From Cycas panzhihuaensis (lineage: Eukaryota > Plantae > Cycadophyta): a stretch of 64,000 bases of DNA. The position numbers and the translations under genes are program-made. Positions 54,910-64,000 of this stretch are shown in pieces. The notes under the pieces are model-generated. The model worked only from the letters and a program-made list of their open reading frames with translations. It made no database searches and was not told the origin of the DNA. Every line of letters starts with the position of its first letter. Positions within the stretch are counted from its first letter, which is position 1. The stretch covers positions 62,875,741 to 62,939,740 of the forward strand of contig CM041465.1 in NCBI GenBank assembly GCA_023213395.1, read 5' to 3'.

Positions 54910-57900
54910 AAATCCATAGTGTACAGTCTCCTAGATGTCACGCTCTCAAGAGGTTTCGTCCCCTCATTTGCAGGATCCCTCGTTGAGGGACCACATATCT
55001 CTTAGGATTCTACAACATTGTTTCAAGCTCCTTGCCTTGCTCTCCTTATCTCAAGGCATCCTCTAGGTCATCAATGTGGTGTGTGACCTAGTGTGTGATG
55101 ACCTAATAGTGATATGCTCTACTAGTTGATCATATCTACCCTGGATACTATCTCTCTCTCCCTCTGCTCTATGGAGTCTCTCCTCCAGCATAACGATCTA
55201 TATGTTACTCTCTACATCCCTGCCTACTCCTCTTCCCTAGGCCTCTAGTCCTTATACCTGGCCCTGCAGGGTGTCCCTCTTAACCACCAACTTGTCTCTC
55301 TCTACCTGTCACCCATCCAGGGTGCTTTGTAGTTGACCAACCCTCAAGTAGAGCCCTTGGGACTTTGCCACCTATATATCCCTAGACCAAGTTAGTGGGG
55401 TAAAGGATGTTGTGTATGGCCCTACTAATCACGGCTCCTCAGTAGCCAAGATGGGAGGCTATCCCTTCGCATAGACTTGGGGGAATAGCCCACATATTAT
55501 TGCCTCTAGTAACCTCTCCATCTCTAGTCCCCCTACCAAATAATGCATACTATATCAATGTAGTATATATATACCTATATACAAAAACATTAAAATATAA
55601 TGAAAACCTTCTAGGGAAGCATTAAATGATCAAAAGGATGTTGAGTCAGGGTAGATTCTCACCTCTTGGGATGACTGGCTCCTTCACTTGGATGATCACT
55701 TCCCCTACTACTACCCCTATCTCCTTGACCTGTGGTGCTACCTCACCCACCACCTGGGCTACCGAGGTATCTCCTCCCTCTAATACCTTCTCTCATGGGA
55801 GCTCTCTATCTGTAGCAGATATCACTGCCTTTGCCTCTACTACCATGGCTACCACTACTACTAGGGCTCTACCTATAGCTCCCCTATAAAGAGAAAATAT
55901 AACTAGAGAAGCAATGTGATAACAAAACTCTAAACCATGCAAAGAACAAATAACATAAACAAATCAAACACTAAACAAATAACACCAAGAGATTTAGGTC
56001 TAAGCATAGACCTTTTATTAATCTGAGTAACAATATAAAGATGATTGAACCTCAACTCTTCTCCTCGACTCATCCACAGCCATTACATCATCTTCATATG
56101 TTACATGTACCATTATATAAGAATATATAGATACAACATTACAAGATACCATCTTACAGTTTTACAATACAATAGGCATAAACCATTAGGTTGACAAAGG
56201 GGCTCTGGTATAACGCCTATACCCATGTAACACTTGCAAAGTGTTCAACATATCTAATAATCTCCTACTTGTTGAACACTTTACAAAAGAACTTGCATAC
56301 ACAACTACTAAATTCCAAAATTACAAACACCTATTTCAATTCTACACCATTTAAAATTTTTTATGCTAACAATCTTAGTCAATGAGTCTGCAACATTTTC
56401 TTATGTACAAATCTTCTGCAAGTCCACCTTGTGATCTTGAACTATTTCCCTCATAAAATGGAACTACACATTAATATGCTTCGACCAAGCATGAAAATTT
56501 GGGCTCTTTGTTAGGTAGATTAAACTTTGACTATCACAATCTATCCTCACAGTATCATTCTCAAAGTCAATATCTGTCATAATCTCTGTAACTAGAGTGC
56601 TTCCTTGCATGCATGAGTGGCTACCATATACTATGCCTCTATGCTAGAAAGTGCCATAACATGTTGTCTTTTACTGATCCAGTTGATTGCGCCACCACAA
56701 AGGGTAAAAATATATTTTCTTATAAATCTTCTACTATTAAGATCTCCAGCCTAATCAACATTAACAAAACCTCTTAGGTTCATTATTCTACTCTCCATAG
56801 GATCTCCTTGATAGTAAATTCCATAGTTTGATGTACCTCGCAGATACCTAAAAATCCTTTTCGTAGCCACCCAATGCTCCCTGCATGTGTTTGACATGTA
56901 CCTACTAACTACTCCCACTGCATAGGCAATGTCTAGTTGAGTGCAAGTCATCACATATATCAGGCTACCAACAGCGTTAGCATAAGTGACAAATACCATG
57001 TCTTCAACTTCTTGGTGAGTCTTTGGGTATTGTTTAGCTAATAATTTTAAACTAGTAGGAAGATGAACATTAATTAGTTTATTATCCTACAACCTAAACC
57101 GTTGTAATATTATCTCAATGTATTGTCATTGGCTAAGCCAAATCTTCTTATTTCTCCTATCCTTTTTAATCTCAATGCCCAAAATAAAATGTGCAACACC
57201 AAGGTCCTTCATCTCAAAGTGAGATGCTAGTTGGTCTTTCACAAGCTGGTTCATTCATTTATTATTACTAACTAAAAGTATATCATAAACATATAAAGCT
57301 AGAATGACAAAATGATCACCAACTTACTTATAATAAATACAATGATCTACTTTACTGTGCACAAATCCATCCGCCAACATATGTGAATCAAACTTTTGAT
57401 ACCACATCCTTGGTATCTGTTTCAAGCCATATAATGACTTCTTCAACCTGCGTACCATATCCTCCTTTCCTGTAACTTCAAACCCTTCAGGGTATGATAT
57501 ATCTAACACCCTCTACTTGCTAGTCTTGGTAGTGGCCTATCTCTCCCTATTGGCATCGATGGACCTACCTTATCTCATATAACTCCCGATGGTCTTGATC
57601 CATCCCCTCCATTATTGTCACTAGCCTTATCAGGCTCATCTCCTAACTCTCTACCTTTATCATCACTTTCCCAGTGGATAGATCGATAGTGATCCACTGT
57701 ATTATCAATTAGGGTTAAGAGATCTGGTAATATTGCTACCACTGATTACCACACGTGGACTTGATCACTAGTCCTCTGAACCTTGTCTTCCACTTATGAA
57801 CCATGGGGGCCCTAGCTAAGATGGGATATGGCTTAAGAGAAATGAGTTTCCTTACTCAAGGAACTCTAGATAAAACCATCGCTCATACTAAGACTCCTCA

Positions 57901-58797
57901 TCGATCCCATCAGCCCTGTCCTATAAAGAATCTGGCTACCTTCCTATGGGTAGCATCTATGCTAGGTACTGTACCTAGTGACATTGGTGTCCCTCTTAAT
58001 GGGGCACTCAGGTCTCTCTTGATATCCCCAGGCATGATAGAGATATCTCCCACCTATGGGAGGTGGAGTACATCCCTTTATCGATCCCAGTGAGAGACAA
58101 TATCTACTAAGAGGCACTGTTCAGATGTATACTGTAGAGTCTTAATGACCTTCAGAAGCCCATAACATCATAACATCATAAAGTTAGCCACTCCTAATAT
58201 GTCATCATCTCAACAGAACTCATCATCACCATGCCTATATTCTCATGGTTATTAACAGTAAGGATAGCCCATAGACAAAAAAAATTAGTTAGAGATCTAC
58301 TAATCCACTATGCCATGTTCCATACACCCCTTTGGATGGCTGCAGCTCCATTAGGCTAAGCAAACCTATCCATCGGGGCCTCTTTTCTTTTTTTTCCCCT
58401 ATCCAACCTCTACTCCATGTTAAACTCTATGATACCGCAGATATTGATGCATGGCTCCCTAAGAAAATCCTATTTTCTTGGTAACCCTACTGTAAATATT
58501 GTGGCACCATGACATTTGTTGTGGGGATGTGGATACCCCACTACAAAAGGGAGGGGTCACCTAAAAACTCACAAAAAAAATTCTTAAGTGGACCAAACTT
58601 AGCCCACTAGAACTAGGGTTGCCTAATGCCCGAGTCCTCACCCTTCTTAGGCCTCATTCGAGCTCCAGGGGGTCTCAATTACCCTTATGGGGCCCAAAAT
58701 AAACTTTATAAACTACAAAAAAGCTATTAAATGAAATTGACGAAATAAAATGGCTATGGGAAGAACCACTTACTAGATCAGGCCTAATCATTAAAAT
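54910..58797 (-). pseudogene. Antisense 3-exon PMD gene of copy D, split by a copia insertion
   Basis: Exon 1 is 58774-58797 (ATG>ATT, ..RPDL) followed by GTAAGT. Intron 1 is 58269-58773. Exon 2 has LLVDIVSHWDR. Intron 2 is 55533-55662 (GTGAGA..TTGGTAG). Exon 3 reads GLEMERLLEAII..FPQVY. Confidence 0.8.
55885..57508 (-). mobile_element. Internally deleted Ty1/copia: ~10 bp of 5' LTR, RT C-half, RH, PPT 56260-56270, 3' LTR 55885-56259
   Basis: PEGFEVTGKEDMVRRLKKSLYGLKQ, YANAVGSLIYVM, HWVATKRIFRYLRGT. PPT AAGTAGGAGAT is followed by TATTAGATAT, and the same TGTTAGATAT is at 57508. Confidence 0.9.
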
Positions 58798-59529
58798 CTC
58801 ATCTCTACGATCCTAATGGCTATCCTCTCTCCCTGATCCAATATCCAGATCTCTCTCTAGGTACTCCTGAATGCTAGCATAACCTCACTACGTAGAAGGA
58901 AGGGCTCTAAATCTCTCTTAGGGTCCATGAAAATGAATCCCATTTTCACCCTTCTCCCCTTTTTTATACATATGGTCCCTCAGGGCTACCATCTCCTTTC
59001 TCCTCATCATGACAACCCTCAGGATCATCCCATTATCCTCATTCACTTTGTCTTTAGGGTCAGACCCTCATTTTACCCCCATAGCTTCTATTTTACTCCT
59101 TTTTATCACATTTATGGCAACCCCTTCTGCCTCCTCAAGGTCCTTTCTATCTCATTTTTTATGCTGCTATGAAACATACCCATGTTTATACTCCTTTGAC
59201 TTGTTTAACTACCCTAGATCCATTTTTTCCATCTGTTTGAGCCTTTGAGGCTCCTAAGGGAAGCTCCTCCTACCTTCTAGGCGTCCACAAGCCCTTTCGC
59301 AACCCCTAGGGGCTCTGAAGGAGCTTATCTACTAATCTTTTCTCACCCTTTCACTGGATGAGCCTCCCTCAAGCTTGGTAGCCTACCTTTAGGGCTCTCC
59401 TATCATGATCCATATTTATAACTTTCTGAGTTATTATATCCATGTCACTACCCCTCTATTTTGCATATTGACCTTACAGCCACCATCTCTTCTATTGCTT
59501 GACTCAAATTCTATACTTTTTACCATGAT

Positions 59530-59948
59530 ATTGTTCATCTTTACTAACAGAGGAAGTCCTAGCAATCTCAGACCTTTGGAAGCTATGTGGATCCTTTGTG
59601 ATCCCTCTGGATATGACTATATGTGTTCTGAAATCTTTCTACTTGAGGTTATGAATAATAAAGTTGAATACATAGTTGTTATTAAAGCTGTTATTGATGT
59701 ACTTCACTTTCACCATGGCCCTATCATCCTTTATTGTGACTCTCAATTCGTCGTGTCACAACTAACCTAGGTTTACTAGGAACGTTGCCCATGATTGAGA
59801 ACCCTTGATTTCATTGTCAGGTCCTTTTTGTCTTGCTTCTCTTCCATGGATGTTTAGCACATTCCCTGAGATTTGAATGCTGAGGCAGATGGCCTTGTTT
59901 GTCACATCCTTGAGTGTCGTCTCCTTCTCTTAGACAATCCTTCCTAGG
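59530..59948 (+). pseudogene. Additional archaeal-type RNase H (aRH, RVT_3-like) in the 3' region of copy D
   Basis: FIFTNRGSPSN (F.DG.S.GN, with D>N), ILCDPSG, MNNKVEYIVVI, YCDSQFVVSQL, HIP*DLNAEADGL. Confidence 0.88.
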
Positions 59949-60433
59949 TAGCTTAGTGGGTCAGCTGATTATCCAGGCTCTAGAATGATCCTTTCTTTCA
60001 TTGTGATCCCTTTGTGCCTCTTAAAGGAGGCCACTAATGAGGTTAAACTATGGTGACCACTAGGTTTAGATCTCCACTCTATCCTTCATACCACACATGG
60101 CATAAGGGTCTTTCATTCTCATTCTCTATATGTTAATATCATTTGCCTATATTTGTTTATTGATTGTGCTTACAACCTTGCATGGTATTCATCTTGCATG
60201 AGGGTAATGGGGGCAGCCCCCTCATCTCCTCATCCTTTCACATTAGACTCTCGGGCAATGTACATGCAAATTTCTATGGTCCTCCTTCACCTTCCTTATC
60301 CATGTGATCTGCCATGATACTTTCCACTTCCCTTGGATGATGATACTTTTTGCATTAGTAGATGATACTAATCTTTTTATATTGATAGCATTTTCCATCA
60401 CCAGATGCTTTTAGGTGACAAGGCTTTGTTACC

Positions 60434-60443
60434 AAGGGGGTAA
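60434..60443 (+). promoter_or_regulatory. Polypurine tract of copy D
   Basis: AAGGGGGTAA immediately before the LTR start. Confidence 0.72.
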
Positions 60444-61929
60444 TATTTCTGGGCTACCAAGAATAAATATGGACAATATCTCTTAAGTAGGCATATGTAT
60501 TTGTCTCTATCCTTACTCCTCGTTTACCTTAGGATGTGATGAGATGTTTGATTATTGTATTTTGTATAATACTATTACATGCATAGTTAAGATGCCTAGT
60601 TTACCTAGCCATTATTATGCCTCTGACTATGATCCAGCCTATAATGACTTAAGACCATATCCTATGGCACTATACGGTCCCTTATAACACCTCCTCAGCA
60701 CTCTTGGGTACTCATAGGCCCCCCTAGCCCATTTTTTATTCATTATTGGCATAATACATGATCCCTAACACCTTATTTTAGGCCTGATCATCTTTGTATA
60801 TGTTATTCATCCCTTGTTAGGCATTTTTTACCCTCTTTTACACATTTGGAAAGGTCCCACTAATGCCTAGAGGTCTTCTAAAGGATTTACCAGTCTAACA
60901 TACTACTCACAGTGCCCTAGGACTCTCCTTTTGGGGGTCCCCTATACCTCCCTTTTATTTTGTTCACACCATGGTAATATTCACGGTATCATGGTAAAAT
61001 TCACAGTACCATGAAGTTTACCACATGGCAATTGTCCATTGACTTCTAAGGCCTAGTAATGGCTAGTTTCATACTTATTACAAAGCTGACATGTGGCAGT
61101 ACACTATTTCTTACTCAGAGTGAACTCTAATCACTTGGGAAACCAAATTTGGGCATAAAAACCCAATTTTGAATTTATTTTATCTGTCTCAGCTCTCATA
61201 CGAAAGGAAAAACACCTCATACATATACTTTTGGTCTCTCCTCCTAATATTCTCTTCTTTAATGGTGAAACCCTAGAATGTAGGTCTATATTATCTCTTC
61301 TCTAGTAGGTCGTCCTTCCATGGTGCTCACTCTAGTAGTAGCAATACGTTTCAAGAGTTTTTGAGCCTTATTCTTGCCTCTAAACGGAGCCCTTTTTTCA
61401 CCTAACAAGAGGGATCCTTAACTTTTCATTGATACATGAGATAACATTCATTTTACTCCAATTTTTATGACCGTAATAGGTTTATTTGTTATTGTTCTCC
61501 CCTTTAGTAAGTATATTTGGTATATATTTCCATTTATTACAAGTTTTGCATATATCTTTATCTCTTTTGGGGTGTCCAAAGGAAGGTAAACCCTTCATTT
61601 CTCCTTGATTGCACCTCCATACCCCTTGGGTTCTTCTTGGGACATAAGTAGGTGGATTATTGGATCCCTTAAAGAGGGAGAAGAGGAGTTCACGGCTAGG
61701 GTTTTGACCTTTACAACCATATCCTCCACGGGCAGCCCCCTACCTCTCTTGGCTTTCCTACTCCATATCCATCCTATGTAGTGAGAAACCTCTTAAGTGA
61801 AGGCCTCTATTGGTTATAGCATTTGCAGCCCCTTACAACACCTACAACCAACCAACTTGTATATTATTATTTAAGTTTCTTTGTATGCTTTGTCATTTCA
61901 CAAGATTTCCATTTCTCTTGCATATCTTG
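60444..61929 (+). repeat. 3' LTR of copy D (3'-truncated)
   Basis: The start matches the copy A LTR start, the distal part matches the 5' LTR, and it is cut at 61929 by the composite repeat. Confidence 0.86.
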
Positions 61930-64000
61930 AGTGGCCATTTAATATTGAATTGATTCAAATTAAGGATTTATTAACTACAGATATTAAATATTTATTGATT
62001 AATATCTAAGGCCTAATCACTATGGCTAAATTAAAGTAGAGAGGCCATGGTGGATAAACAAAAAGTAGTGCATATAATGTTGGCACTATTGTTACATCCA
62101 CAATCAGAGCCTTTGACTAACAATGATATGATAATATAGAGGTTAAACCTTCTTTGAACATAGTAAAGGGAAGGCACATCCTATAGTTTTACTCTTCGTA
62201 CCGAAGGGAGGGACACCATAGATATATCTTTTTAATCACATAGTTTTATAGTGCCCTCTTTAATCATAAGATTGAAGAATCTAGTTCATCCTCTTTAATC
62301 ACAGAATCTTTATAGGGACCCTTCTTTCGTTATATTTTATAGAAAAATGTCACACAATAGGATTTTCCACCAGAGTGTTCACTTTCCTATCTTATAGTGG
62401 CTTAATCTTCTTTTCTTCATGGTGTTCTCTTACTATTTTTAGCTCAATGTTATTATAGTTAGATCAAAGTAGAGATCTAATTAAAGTGCCCTTGACCTAA
62501 AGACGCATACCTTTCCTAAGTGTAGCAAAAGGAAGGTTACCCATTTCCTGACTATAGTAAAGGGAAGGACAAGATCTTGCTCTTTTTAGCTTGGTATTAT
62601 TATAGTCAAATCAAAGTAGAGATCTAATTAAAGTTCCCTTGACTTGAAGGCGCATGCCTTTCCTAAGTGTAGCAAAAGGAAGGTTATCTATTTCCTTAGT
62701 GTAGTAAAGGGAAGGACAAGATCTTGCTCTTTTTAGCTTGATATTATTATAGTCAAATCAAAGTAGAGATCTAATTAGAGTGTCTTCAAACTTTGTTTAG
62801 AGGATTTCACACTACAATGTGATCTTATTTTTATTAGCTTAATGTTTCTTTTTAGATAGTGAATAGTGTTCCCTCTCTTTTCTTAGCTTAATTTTTTTAG
62901 TATGAGATCTTGTTTTTTATAATGCATAATGTTCTCTCTTCCTCAATAGCCTTCAATATTCTGTAAAACTTAAAGCTAGAAAAAAAAGGAGAGCACACTA
63001 TTTATTTCTTCCTAAAAAGGTTTAAGAAGGTTATTCCTTTCCTGAGCATAGCAAAGTGAAGGAATTAGAGTAATTCAAAAAGTGTTTGAGAAACATTAAG
63101 CTAAGAAAAGTAAGATCACATCTTCCCATCCCTTCTCTATGCCCAAGAAAAGGATAACCCTCCCTTTGCTATGCTAAAAAAAGGGATGTGTCAATATTAA
63201 GAGGGCACTATAATTACATCTCTACTTTGATCTAACTATAACAACATCAAGTTAAAAATAACAAGATCATACTTAATAATCAAGAGCACTCTAATTATAT
63301 CTCTATATTAATCTAACTATAATAACATCGAGCTAAAAGGAGTAAGATTACACTCTACTGTGAAATCTTATTATGTGATTAAAAAAGTGTGAGCTATAGT
63401 TAGGATTAGCTAAAACTCTTTTTTAAAAATTAGACCCTTTCCTTCACTACACTCAAGAATGGGATAATCTTCCCTTTGTTACACTCAAGAAAGGGATAAT
63501 CTTCCCTTTGTTACACTCAAGAAAGGGATAACCTTCCCTTCATTATGCAAGGTAAAGGGTGTACCATACACTATAGATGGGGGATGGCCACTACTAGATC
63601 TCCGTTGTAGTAATTAGGATCAGGGCTTGATCACTATGGGTATTCATATATTCACATATGATAGGGTCAAGGGTCCAATCGCTGTTAAATATTCTTAGTA
63701 TTGATTAAGATATGAACTAGTTATAAAGATCAGATATATATTAGAATCAAGGCCTGATCACTATCACTATGGCTATTGAATCTTTCTTTCTTAGAATGAA
63801 GAGCCTAATCACTATGGCTAAATCAAGATAAAAGTAATCTATACCATAGGGTCTATAATCAAGATCTAGCACTAATCACATCCCTATGAATTATGATCTT
63901 CCCTATCCATTAGAATCAGGGCTAGATCACTATTAGATCTCTATATTAATCTAACTATAATAGCATCGATCTAAAAGGAGTAAGATCACACTCTAGTGTA
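61930..64000. repeat. Unclassified composite repeat, copy 2
   Basis: Collinear with 22766-24600, with one extra ~147-bp unit and one extra ~32-bp unit. Confidence 0.87.

Larger units (their letters stand above)
44785..61929 (+). mobile_element. Tat copy D, near-complete (both LTRs truncated at their outer ends)
   Basis: LTR, PBS, gag-pol, antisense PMD gene, aRH, PPT, LTR. Segment 44785-45550 is homologous to 61160-61929. Confidence 0.93.

Noticed and set aside
63430-63550. 32-bp repeats as a CRISPR-like array
   Set aside because: Head-to-tail units with no unique spacers, no cas genes, and a eukaryotic TE context.

Overview
Gene-free, decayed plant heterochromatin made almost entirely of nested retrotransposons. 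The host is probably a gymnosperm; this is inferred from element architecture only. No intact host gene, RNA gene or CRISPR array is visible, and most ORF-track entries are frame fragments of TE pseudogenes. Four copies (A-D) of one Tat-type (non-chromovirus Ty3/gypsy) family dominate. The family layout is LTR (about 3 kb, TGTTTCT...TTCCA), tRNA-Arg-type PBS, gag, PR, RT, RH, INT, an antisense gene, an archaeal-type RNase H, PPT, LTR. The most notable result is the antisense gene. Comparing copies reconstructs a 3-exon gene with its own TATA box, an 8-codon first exon, a phase-0 and a phase-1 spliceosomal intron, a Plant Mobile Domain (PMD) exon and a coiled-coil-like last exon. It sits back-to-back with a stand-alone additional RNase H. 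Also present: three Ty1/copia pieces (two same-family copies fused in inverted orientation, one internally deleted), a near-complete and a very decayed chromovirus, faint LINE remnants, and an unclassified ~2 kb fold-back/tandem composite repeat in two copies. The last 69 nt of the window are identical to 23995-24063, which hints at a ~40 kb duplication. All domain calls are by-eye motif recognition, and internal domain boundaries are approximate.
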